64,000 nucleotides of DNA from Antedon mediterranea (Eukaryota > Animalia > Echinodermata), in assembly GCF_964355755.1 (NCBI RefSeq), contig NC_092676.1, forward strand, positions 15,270,871 to 15,334,870, read 5' to 3'. Below, one piece after another: positions 14,201 to 25,802 of this stretch. The first letter of the stretch is position 1. Each line of letters opens with the position of its first letter. The notes beneath the pieces were generated by a model, which ran no database searches, was not told the DNA's origin, and saw only the letters and a list, made by a program, of their open reading frames with translations. A program made the translations under genes and the position numbers.

Positions 14201-17200
14201 CTGCACACATACTAATTTGTGGTACCACTTCCCAGCTCATTCCCAAACTGCACACATACTAATTTGTTGAAATTGATTGATATTATATATATTATATATA
14301 TATATAACATAATGTAGTTTTATTTAAGTTTTACGTTAGTTACAAAATCCATTTAGAGTTTTCTAATTTGTTAATTGGAAATTAATAAAGTCACTTCTGC
14401 AGAATATTTTTTAAAAGATAATGTTTTTACTTATAAAAAGACAAAAAAAAAAAGTTTCAACCAATAACCCATTGACTACCCGTCAATTTGAAAATACCCT
14501 GAAAGGTTTCTTACTTTCATCTGTAACACCACCATCACCTTTGTCATTATTAGGCGTTTTGTCTGAAAACAATGACAAGAATGCATTACAGTATAACATA
14601 ATGTAGTTTTATTTAAGTTTTAGGTTAGTTACAAATTCAATTACAGTTTTCTAATTTTTAAATGGAAATCCTCAGCTCCTCAAGTTAGATTTCAAAAAGG
14701 AAATGGGGGCATAAGTTCCCACATCCCTTTTTTGAAAAGCTAAGAGAATAGGGTGCAGGTTAGGGAATATTGACTAGCAACATTATCTTACAAAAAGTAG
14801 GCCTACATGTGAATCTGAAAGTATCTGCTTAAAATAAAAAAAAGAGGTGACGGAGGTCACTTAAAAATGGAATTTTACAGTTTTCAGCAAGGTATGGTTA
14901 CATGAATTGTTGCCATCCACCTAACTATATTATATGAAAGAAAATGATTATGAAATATATGGGTGTTATAATTATAGTTGATACATCTAAATTTTATTTT
15001 TGTCAACTAAAACCAGTCAATGGCCTGATTTTCTCAACAATAAGAATGGCTAACAAAACAAATAACACGTAAGTAGGAGGCTAACCATTCTCCATGTTAT
15101 TCAGTCATATTCAGGTGGGTAAAAATCATGGGAAAGCTGGAGATAAAGAATCGGGCAAAAAGTTTATCACATTTTGGCAACTTAAATAATGGTCACAGTA
15201 CAGTTTTATATCGGACTGTCATTCCTTTCCAACCAAAATTGGTTTAAAAGCGGCTTTTCTTTTCTAAAATATCGCTTCATGCCTTTTTTTTTCTATTGTT
15301 CTTTTCAGTATACTGAAGTTTCAGAACAATCCCATCATTGATTGAATTATATTTATTCACCACGTCAGATGGCATAAGACCACTTGTTCTTAAATTAAAC
15401 TGTAGGTTATGAGTACACAAAGTGTTTGTGTGTACTTTAAAGAACATAGCACCAATGTTGTTTCCCACACTATCCATTACATTTTAAATACAGTAATAAT
15501 AAAAATTTAGAGCATTAATTCCTCTCAATTTTGGACATTATCATTGTGGCCAAGTTTAACGGAAAATATTTATATTGCACTTTTAAAACAGTGATTGTTT
15601 GAGTGCTGCTACTACAAATGGCACTCAGTCATCTGTCTACAACGACAGGGGCCGACATGCACCAGTACAACGTGGCAACCCCAACGACAGGGGCCGACAT
15701 GCACCAGTACAACGTGGCAACCCCAACGACAGGGGCCGACATGCACCAGTACAACGTGGCAACCCCAACGACAGGGGCCGACATGCACCAGTACAACGTG
15801 GCAACCCCAACGACAGGGGCCGACATGCACCAGTACAACGTGGCAACCCCAACGACAGGGGCCGACATGCACCAGTACAACGTGGCAACCCCAACGACAG
15901 GGGCCGACATGCACCAGTACAACGTGGCAACCCCAACGACAGGGGCCGACATGCACCAGTACAACGTGGCAACCCCAACGACAGGGGCCGAGATGCACCA
16001 GTACAACGTGGCAACCCAAACGACAGGGGCCGACATGCACCAGTACAACGTGGCAACCCCAACGACAGGGGCCGACATGCACCAGTACAACGTGGCAACC
16101 CCAACGACAGGAGCCGAGATGCACCAGTACAACGTGGCAACCCCAACGACAGGGGCCGACATGCACCAGTACAACGTGGCAACCCCAACGACAGGAGCCG
16201 AGATGCACCAGTACAACGTGGCAACCCCAACGACAGGGGCCGAGATGCACCAGTACAACGTGGCAACCCCAACGACAGGGGCCGAGATGCACCAGTACAA
16301 CGTGGCAACCCCAACGACAGGGGCCGAGATGCACCAGTACAACTTGGCAACCCCAACGACAGGGGCCGAGATGCACCAGTACAACTTGGCAACCCCAACG
16401 ACAGGGGCCGAGATGCACCAGTACAACGTGGCAACCCCATAATCTCGGAAATATATGCACTGGATTCTTTAGTGCACATAAACCAGATGTGTAGATTGAA
16501 CCTTTCAAATCCATTCCACCACCAGACCTATGGTTGAGGAGAGCATAGAACCTGTGCCAATTTTGTGGCTATGGTTTGTTAGTATGTTCACAAAATAATG
16601 CAATAACAAATATATTAGACATAACATATTAAACATAGGTAATTTAAATTATATTGTGGTATACCTGGCCTACAATGATGGCACTTCAAAACTTTGTAAA
16701 ACAGAGCTTACTTACCAGAATCTGCAAATAACAATGGATCCGTTTCAGTTCCACCATTTATTGAAATCTCAGCTTTAACTATTTTTATAACAAGATAATT
16801 AAAAAATGTTTTTTATTTCTCAGGGTCATTCCTTCCTTCGATCTTAGTAATTGCAATATTAGATAGTTGTGTAACTGCTACATTTCTCAGTACTGTAATT
16901 TGTTCTCTTTCATTAAGTAATGATAAGATGAATGCCGCACAATATTTTGATGAAAATGTACGACCATTGTTTTTCCAATGACAATTTTGCAAAACTCCAG
17001 GAGGCGTACTTAATTTCAAACTGACTTTTGTGGCGTTTGCATGTCACCCTTTTTGTACACCTGATTTTTCATTTTTGGCGCAGATTGTATGCTACTGTCG
17101 GTCCTCTATCCTACCTTTTCTAAAACTATACAGTACATACATTCTTCAAAATTCCAATTTCTAAAAAAACTATGTCATTGAGACTATCTTTAAAGATATA

Positions 17201-20200
17201 TTGTCCTTCCAAAAACATGAAAAATTAGGATTAATAAAAAAACAAGACTTAGAATATGCCATTTTACAGTTTTAATAGTCACTTCCGCAGAAAAAAAATT
17301 TTAAAAGATGTTTTCACTTAAAAAAAGACAAAATAAACAGTTAAATTCAACCAAAAACCCATTGACTTCCGTCAATTTGACTATTGTATTTTTGTTTTAA
17401 ATTACAGTTTTTTCAGGTGAATGTTATTGTTACATAAAAGCGGCATATTCAACAAAAACATTTAAAACAATTTTACATTTTTTGCTGGATAAATATTTTA
17501 AATGTATGATGTAATACAATGAGTTAATTACTTATGACTTTTGTTAGACAATAATGTCTTGTAAACTTTGAAACAATTAGCCATGCAGTAGAATATCTCA
17601 AGGTTAGATATTTGAACTGGTAGCATAATATTGTCCCCCACCCCTGACAAAATAATTTTTAAATTTCATACATCATACAATACAGTACAAGAGCATATTA
17701 AATACTTAGCTACACAAAAAAAAACCAAATAAAAAATAACAAGGAAAACACATTTTTAGGTATTTATTTTTTGATTGTAATTATATAGAAAATGGTTACC
17801 TTTAATTTCATTTACAGCTGATTCAACTGGTATGATCGCCAAATTAATGTCTGGATCTTTATAAAACAAAAAATAAGACATTCAAAAAAAAAATTGTGCA
17901 GTTTATTTATACTATATGAAAACTGCCAAAGAAAAAAAAATAATGGATGATAATTTTGAAGCAGCTATTGTGTATATGTTTGCCCTACTCTGACATAGTT
18001 CACGTCAGAGTAGGGAAAACTTTTAGAATGAAAACTGTACTATAATAGTATCACACCCACTCATACAAAAAAAAATTACAAACACATTTTAAAATTCCGA
18101 TTGGTCCATGAGGTACGTTTGACTACATTTGTGTATATTTTCTATGCTATAATTTACCCTTTGGATTTTTGAAATTATATTTAGATGGACTATTTTGTAA
18201 TCATTAGTGACCATTTTAGGGAAGTTACAGCAAGACTGTATGATTAAATTAAAAAGCCCCTGCATCCCGCCTATTGTTGCTCACTCCGCTTTGCAAAGTA
18301 CTAAATATTTTCGTTTTGGGCCCCTGCCTCTAAAATTAATCCTACACATGCCTGTGACAACACCCTTTCTATTACGCAATCCCTTTCTATTTCCATTCCG
18401 TTTATATTACATAACTGTGTTGACTTAGTGTGTTGTATAAACATGCCTAAATGAGTACAATACGATTACTTACACTTGCATTATGTACTGAAAAATGAAG
18501 GGAAATTTAATGTTTTAAGATAAAACTGTGTAGCACCACCTATCAGTGGGAAGCGCATGGGGACGCGCAAACTGGGAAATAAAGGAGAAACAAAACCAAC
18601 TCAACTACTTGTGCAACAAGTATAAAATAAACACAAAACAAAGCATAAGACACATTAAAGGAAACATAATTGATTAATGAAAATATATGCCTGGAATATA
18701 CAACGTGCAAACATAATTAAAAAGTACAATTACATTAAATAAACTTCACAATTTGTGGTACCACTTCCCAGCTCATTCCCAAACTGCACACATACTAATT
18801 TGTGGTACCACTTCCCAGCTCATTCCCAAACTGCACACATACTAATTTGTGGTACCACTTCCCAGCTCATTCCCAAACTGCACACATACTAATTTGTGGT
18901 ACCACTTCCCAGCTCATTCCCAAACTGCACACATACTAATTTGTGGTACCACTTCCCAGCTCTTTCCCTAACTGCACACATACTAATTTGTGGTACCACT
19001 TCCCAGCTCATTCCCAAACTGCACACATACTAATTTGTGGTACCACTTCCCAGCTCATTCCCAAACTGCACACATACTAATTTGTGGTACCACTTCCCAG
19101 CTCATTCCCAAACTGCACACATACTAATTTGTGGTACCACTTCCCAGCTCTTTCCCAAACTGCACACATACTAATTTGTGGTACCACTTCCCAGCTCTTT
19201 CCCAAACTGCACACATACTAATTTGTGGTACCACTTCCCAGCTCATTCCCAAACTGCACACATACTAATTTGTGGTACCACTTCCCAGCTCTTTCCCAAA
19301 CTGAACACATACTAATTTGTGGTACCACTTCCCAGCTCTTTCCCAAACTGCACACATACTAATTTGTGGTACCACTTCCCAGCTCATTCCCAAACTGCAC
19401 ACATACTAATTTGTGGTACCACTTCCCAGCTCATTCCCAAACTGCACACATACTAATTTGTGGTACCACTTCCCAGCTCATTCCCAAACTGCACACATAC
19501 TAATTTGTGGTACCACTTCCCAGATCATTCCCAAACTGCACACATACTAATTTGTGGTACCACTTCCCAGCTCATTCCCAAACTGCACACATACTAATTT
19601 GTGGTACCACTTCCCAGCTCTTTCCCAAACTGCACACATACTAATTTGTGGTACCACTTCCCAGCTCATTCCCAAACTGCACACATACTAATTTGTGGTA
19701 CCACTTTCCAGCTCATTCCCAAACTGCACACATACTAATTTGTGGTACCACTTCCCAGCTCATTCCCAAACTGCACACATACTAATTTGTGGTACCACTT
19801 CCCAGCTCATTCCCAAACTGCACACATACTAATTTGTGGTACCACTTCCCAGCTCTTTTCCAAACTGCACACATACTAATTTGTGGTACCACTTCCCAGC
19901 TCATTCCCAAACTGCACACATACTAATTTGTGGTACCACTTCCCAGCTCATTCCCAATCTGCACACATACTAATTTGTGGTACCACTTCCCAGCTCATTC
20001 CCAAACTGCACACATACTAATTTGTGGTACCACTTCCCAGCTCATTCCCAAACTGCACACATACTAATTTGTGGTACCACTTCCCAGCTCTTTCCCAAAC
20101 TGCACACATACTAATTTGTGGTACCACTTCCCAGCTCTTTCCCAAACTGCACACATACTAATTTGTGGTACCACTTCCCAGCTCATTCCCAAACTGCACA

Positions 20201-23200
20201 CATACTAATTTGTGGTACCACTTCCCAGCTCATTCCCAAACTGCACACATACTAATTTGTGGTACCACTTCCCAGCTCATTCCCAATCTGCACACATACT
20301 AATTTGTGGTACCACTTCCCAGCTCATTCCCAAACTGCACACATACTAATTTGTGGTACCACTTCCAGCTCTTTCCCAAACTGCACACATACTAATTTGT
20401 GGTACCACTTCCCAGCTCATTCCCAAACTGCACACATACTAATTTGTGGTACCACTTCCCAGCTCATTCCCAAACTGCACACATACTAATTTGTGGTACC
20501 ACTTCCCAGCTCATTCCCAAACTGCACACATACTAATTTGTGATACCACTTCCCAGCTCTTTCCCAAACTGAACACATACTAATTTGTGGTACCACTTCC
20601 CAGCTCTTTCCCAAACTGCACACATACTAATTTGTGGTACCACTTCCCAGCTCATTCCCAAACTGCACACATACTAATTTGTGGTACCACTTCCCAGCTC
20701 ATTCCCAAACTGCACACATACTAATTTGTGGTACCACTTCCCAGCTCATTCCCAAACTGCACACATACTAATTTGTGGTACCACTTCCCAGCTCATTCCC
20801 AAACTGCACACATACTAATTTGTGGTACCACTTCCCAGCTCATTCCCAAACTGCACACATACTAATTTGTGGTACCACTTCCCAGCTCTTTCCCAAACTG
20901 AACACATACTAATTTGTGGTACCACTTCCCAGCTCTTTCCCTAACTGCACACATACTAATTTGTGGTACCACTTCCCAGCTCTTTCCCAAACTGCACACA
21001 TACTAATTTGTGGTACCACTTCCCAGCTCATTCCCTAACTGCACACATACTAATTTGTGGTACCACTTCCCAGCTCATTCCCAAACTGCACACATACTAA
21101 TTTGTGGTACCACTTCCCAGCTCTTTCCCAAACTGCACACATACTAATTTGTGGTACCACTTCCCAGCTCATTCCCAAACTGCACACATACTAATTTGTG
21201 GTACCACTTCCCAGCTCATTCCCAAACTGCACACATACTAATTTGTGGTACCACTTCCCAGCTCTTTCCCAAACTGAACACATACTAATTTGTGGTACCA
21301 CTTCCCAGCTCATTCCCAATCTGCACACATACTAATTTGTGGTACCACTTCCCAGCTCATTCCCAAACTGCACACATACTAATTTGTGGTACCACTTCCC
21401 AGCTCATTCCCAAACTGCACACATACTAATTTGTGGTACCACTTCCCAGCTCTTTCCCAAACTGCACACATACTAATTTGTGGTACCACTTCCCAGCTCT
21501 TTCCCAAACTGCACACATACTAATTTGTGGTACCACTTCCCAGCTCATTCCCAAACTGCACACATACTAATTTGTGGTACCACTTCCCAGCTCATTCCCA
21601 AACTGCACACATACTAATTTGTGGTACCACTTCCCAGCTCATTCCCAATCTGCACACATACTAATTTGTGGTACCACTTCCCAGCTCATTCCCAAACTGC
21701 ACACATACTAATTTGTGGTACCACTTCCAGCTCTTTCCCAAACTGCACACATACTAATTTGTGGTACCACTTCCCAGCTCATTCCCAAACTGCACACATA
21801 CTAATTTGTGGTACCACTTCCCAGCTCATTCCCAAACTGCACACATACTAATTTGTGGTACCACTTCCCAGCTCATTCCCAAACTGCACACATACTAATT
21901 TGTGATACCACTTCCCAGCTCTTTCCCAAACTGAACACATACTAATTTGTGGTACCACTTCCCAGCTCTTTCCCAAACTGCACACATACTAATTTGTGGT
22001 ACCACTTCCCAGCTCATTCCCAAACTGCACACATACTAATTTGTGGTACCACTTCCCAGCTCATTCCCAAACTGCACACATACTAATTTGTGGTACCACT
22101 TCCCAGCTCATTCCCAAACTGCACACATACTAATTTGTGGTACCACTTCCCAGCTCATTCCCAAACTGCACACATACTAATTTGTGGTACCACTTCCCAG
22201 CTCATTCCCAAACTGCACACATACTAATTTGTGGTACCACTTCCCAGCTCTTTCCCAAACTGAACACATACTAATTTGTGGTACCACTTCCCAGCTCTTT
22301 CCCTAACTGCACACATACTAATTTGTGGTACCACTTCCCAGCTCTTTCCCAAACTGCACACATACTAATTTGTGGTACCACTTCCCAGCTCATTCCCTAA
22401 CTGCACACATACTAATTTGTGGTACCACTTCCCAGCTCATTCCCAAACTGCACACATACTAATTTGTGGTACCACTTCCCAGCTCTTTCCCAAACTGCAC
22501 ACATACTAATTTGTGGTACCACTTCCCAGCTCATTCCCAAACTGCACACATACTAATTTGTGGTACCACTTCCCAGCTCATTCCCAAACTGCACACATAC
22601 TAATTTGTGGTACCACTTCCCAGCTCTTTCCCAAACTGAACACATACTAATTTGTGGTACCACTTCCCAGCTCATTCCCAAACTGCACACATACTAATTT
22701 GTGGTACCACTTCCCAGCTCATTCCCAAACTGCACACATACTAATTTGTTGAAATTGATTGATATTATTGTTTGTACTTTGCATTAAAAAAAATACCCTG
22801 AAAAAGGTTACTTACTTTCATCTGTAACACCACCATCACATGTGTCTTTATTAAGCATTTTGTCTGAAAACAATGACAAGAATGCATTACAGTATAACAT
22901 AATGTAGTTTTATTTAAGTTTTAGGTTAGTTACAAAATCCATTTAGAGTTTTCTAATTTGTTAAATGGAAATTAATAAAGTCACTTCTGCAGAAAATTTT
23001 TTAAAAGATAATGTTTTTACTTATAAAAAGACAAAATAAACAGTTTCAACCAATAACCCATTGACTACCCGTCAATTTGAAAATACCCTGAAAGGTTTCT
23101 TACTTTCATCTGTAACACCACCATCACCTTTGTCATTATTAGGCGTTTTGTCTGAAAACAATGACAAGAATGCATTACAGTATAACATAATGTAGTTTTA

Positions 23201-24693
23201 TTTAAGTTTTAGGTTAGTTACAAATTCAATTACAGTTTTCTAATTTTTAAATGGAAATCCTCAGCTCCTCAAGTTAGATTTCAAAAAGGAAATGGGAGCA
23301 TAAGTTCCCCTGTCCCTTTTTTGAAAAGCTAAGAGAATAGGGTGCAGGTTAGGGAATATTGACTAGCAACATTATCTTACAAAAAGTAGGCCTACATGTG
23401 AATCTGAAAGTATCTGCTTAAAATAAAACTAAAATGAAACAAGAGGTGACGGAGGTCACTTAAAAATGGAATTTTACAGTTTTCAGCAAGGTATGGTTAC
23501 ATGAATTGTTGCCATCCACCTAACTATATTATATGAAAGAAAATGATTATGAAATATATGGGTGTTATAATTATAGTTGATACATCTAAATGTTATTTAG
23601 GACGATATACTGCAGTCTTTGTATAGAAATGCAAGATATTTTGGTTTTAATTATCGTGAGAGTGGTCTCAAATGTGAGTCTCAATATATAGGTACGGAAA
23701 GTTGCAAGACTTCAATCAATCTTTTCACAGTTGGCAGGCCTAAGCCCAAATTTTGAATTAAGCATTCATATTAAAAATAGTAACAGTTTACAAGTAGCCC
23801 TTGCTAATAAATTAGCACTACAAAAAAAAGTAATTCAGAATCATAAGATTAAGTAACTTTTAAAAAATCTTTAAACTCTTATGAATTTCATAAATCAATA
23901 TGGCAATTAGAAAAATACTAATACAAATTGTAAGAAAATAATGAAACAAAATACATGCATGGTCCATGCATACTTTTGTTGTGCATACAAAAATGCTAAT
24001 AAACTAGTAATAAAATAAATAATAAAATTAAAATACAGCATTATTGGATGGTAGCTTATGTAGAATTGTTGCTTACCACAGCATTGCACTTTTTCTTTTA
24101 AGCTTTTCCAACGTTGTGGACAGAAACATTTTATCACTGTGAGTATTGCTCCCACTATTGCACCACCAACAACTACAACTATGTTACAACAAAAGACAAG
24201 ATATAGGATAAAAACACTACCGGTATTTATAAAGATCATTTGAAAAGAAAAGTTAAAGCAGAGCCTAGGGCCAAAATTGCTGGTATTTATACAAATGCGA
24301 TATAGAGTAATTCTCTGTCTACACCATCAAACTTTATGTGACAAAAAAAGTGTAATGTGCCCAAATATGGTATTGATATGACATCATCATGTCAATATAT
24401 GATGGGCACATCACATTTTTTGTCACATGGTGGGGCTGAGGTAAGATAATTTTACGAATATGGACGGAAATTGCACTGTAATTTATTTGGATACTGTAGC
24501 ATTGCAATGATGATGTTTGCAGAACGTCGGTGTAGATAGAGCTTAAGATTGCAGTATACAGTGTCAGTAGTTATTCTCAGATCTACATTACTGTCTTCAG
24601 TTAATTGGCTTTACAGTGCATACCATAAACCGGCCAAAACTTGAGTGCTTCTGTGAGAGAGGTATTATTAGTGGCTTCTGTGCTGTTAGACAT
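2296..24693 (-). CDS. Uncharacterised multi-exon single-pass membrane protein with a tandemly amplified cytoplasmic exon cassette (3' end outside the window)
   Basis: AG/GT-bounded exons: 24624-24695 (ATG 24693, MSNSTEATNNTSLTEALKFWPVY) and 24077-24178 (VVVVGGAIVGAILTVIKCFCPQRWKSLKEKVQCC, TM). These are followed by phase 1-1 exons A 23104-23151, B 22816-22863, C 17800-17856, D 16716-16778; A 14515-14562, C 12364-12420, D 11261-11323; A 9563-9610, B 9274-9321, C 7304-7360, D 6215-6277; A 4555-4602, B 4266-4313, C 2296-2352. Lengths are 48/48/57/63 nt with no stops when joined. The acceptors of C (AAG) and D are weak. Confidence 0.7.
2479..2511. repeat. Short perfect hairpin, probably a transposon remnant, present in each 5-kb unit
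   Basis: CCCTACTCTGAC-9 nt-GTCAGAGTAGGG, a 12-bp perfect stem; also near 7487, 12547 and 17983. Confidence 0.6.
3246..4199. repeat. 47-bp minisatellite, ~20 copies (intronic)
   Basis: Unit AATTTGTGGTACCACTTCCCAGCTCATTCCCAAACTGCACACATACT, head-to-tail with no spacers. Confidence 0.97.
5685..5938. repeat. 42-bp GC-rich minisatellite, 6 copies
   Basis: Unit CAACGACAGGGGCCGAGATGCACCAGTACAACGTGGCAACCC. Confidence 0.97.
8254..9207. repeat. 47-bp minisatellite, ~20 copies
   Basis: Same unit and same order of variants as 3246-4199. Confidence 0.97.
10683..10978. repeat. 42-bp minisatellite, 7 copies
   Basis: Same unit as 5685-5938. Confidence 0.97.
13314..14267. repeat. 47-bp minisatellite, ~20 copies
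   Basis: Same unit and similar variant order as 3246-4199. Confidence 0.97.
15640..16439. repeat. 42-bp minisatellite, 19 copies
   Basis: Same unit with GAC/GAG variants clustered along the array. Confidence 0.97.
18749..22750. repeat. 47-bp minisatellite, ~85 copies, with an internal 1362-bp higher-order duplication
   Basis: About 4.0 kb at a 47-bp period. Rare variants recur exactly 1362 bp apart (ORFs 20259/21621; CCCAATCT at ~19953/21315). Confidence 0.97.
24312..24543. mobile_element. Small palindromic MITE remnant
   Basis: Ends CTCTGTCTACACC...GGTGTAGATAGAG; internal inverted ATGTGACAAAAAAAGTGTAATGTGCCCA / TGGGCACATCACATTTTTTGTCACAT. Confidence 0.6.
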
Positions 24694-25802
24694 ATCTATA
24701 AAAAAAAATGTTAAATTTGAATACACAGTTATTAACTGAAAAATTTGTCGACTTTACAAAGTAGTATAATGTTTACCTAAAAACGTTCATATCTATTCAT
24801 TTCTTTTGAACTAATATCTGAATTTTATCAACACATTTTTACAAATACTTATTTTCAGGGGAGTATAATACTACAGTATGTCTAGATAGAGGCGAAAGAG
24901 GAAACCAAAATGACTAATGCAGTTTGTACCCACATGGATTTCTATAGTGTTAAATTATTAAATAATAAAAAATAGTTTATAAATAGAAAATGATTGATGT
25001 TATGCTTGCAGGATGTTTTTTGTAGACAATCCATGAGTATGGTGGATGAAGTATTTTAAAAGAATTTTGAGTAATTTTAAGGGGTAAGTATGAAACAGAG
25101 CAACAAATCCTACCACCAGGGAGCAGCCACCTGTTTGGAATTGATTATTAATGGTATTTTACAAATTTAAAAGCTTAAATCTTTCAGAAACTGATGAAAT
25201 TTAAGTTAAAAGTGAATTTCTCGCTGTCGCAATTCCAGAATCGAATGCATTCGATCATCATAACAGTAACGAAACAAAGCGTTCATCTGTATGTATTGTA
25301 TTCAGCGGTCAACTTTGAGGCGCTACCGATGAATTTATTTGGTCAAATAAATTCTAAACTAACATTTTTTATTTATTTCATTCCAGACCAACAGCAAATC
25401 ATCACCACTAACAGGCTGGTTAAAATCTTAATAAAAACTACTATAGATAAAAAATTTTAATTATTAAAACAAGATGACATCGAAGATAAAAAAAATGATA
25501 TTTCAGGTTAAAAAGTGATGTAAAATAAACTTGGTAGGTATTTGTTAGTCGATTCGGCCCCGAGATGATTCAGCACACTTAAATTAATCAGCTTTGATAT
25601 GCATTCAGTGGCGGATCTAGGATCTGATGAGAGGGGTGGCCACAAAAGTGGCAAACAAGGTGCGTAGCTTGTGTTCCCTAACAAGCCTCAAAAAATTGTT
25701 GAAAAAATAGATGCTTACACACGGTTTAATAGGCTAGAGCAACTGTTTCCATCACATTTAATAACAATGTTACATAATGTAAATTTAAATAAATCCTTCC
25801 TA

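Larger units (their letters stand above)
1769..23591. repeat. Tandem segmental duplication with a ~5-kb unit: U0 1769-5042 (left-truncated), U1 5043-10040, U2 10041-14992, U3 14993-23591
   Basis: The same ORFs recur at 2703/7711/12771/18207 and 4461/9469/14421. The junction ATACATCTAAAT|TTTATTTTTGTC occurs at 5042, 10040 and 14992, and homology stops at 23591. U3 is longer because both minisatellites expanded. Confidence 0.95.

Noticed and set aside
5640-16537. Long repetitive ORFs over the 42-bp arrays as real genes
   Set aside because: All six frames are open simply because the 14-codon unit lacks stops; several use non-ATG starts and none has splice or domain support.
2703-18428. Recurrent 61-73 aa ORFs (2703, 4461, 5327, 16813 and copies)
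   Set aside because: No motifs or consistent splice boundaries; the 4461-type ORF is the antisense of exon A.
3246-22750. 47-bp and 42-bp arrays as CRISPR arrays
   Set aside because: Units are head-to-tail with no unique spacers, there are no cas genes, and the context is eukaryotic intron.
23907-24239. 110-aa ORF as a single-exon protein
   Set aside because: Only 24077-24178 is bounded by splice sites; the remainder is AT-rich intron read-through.
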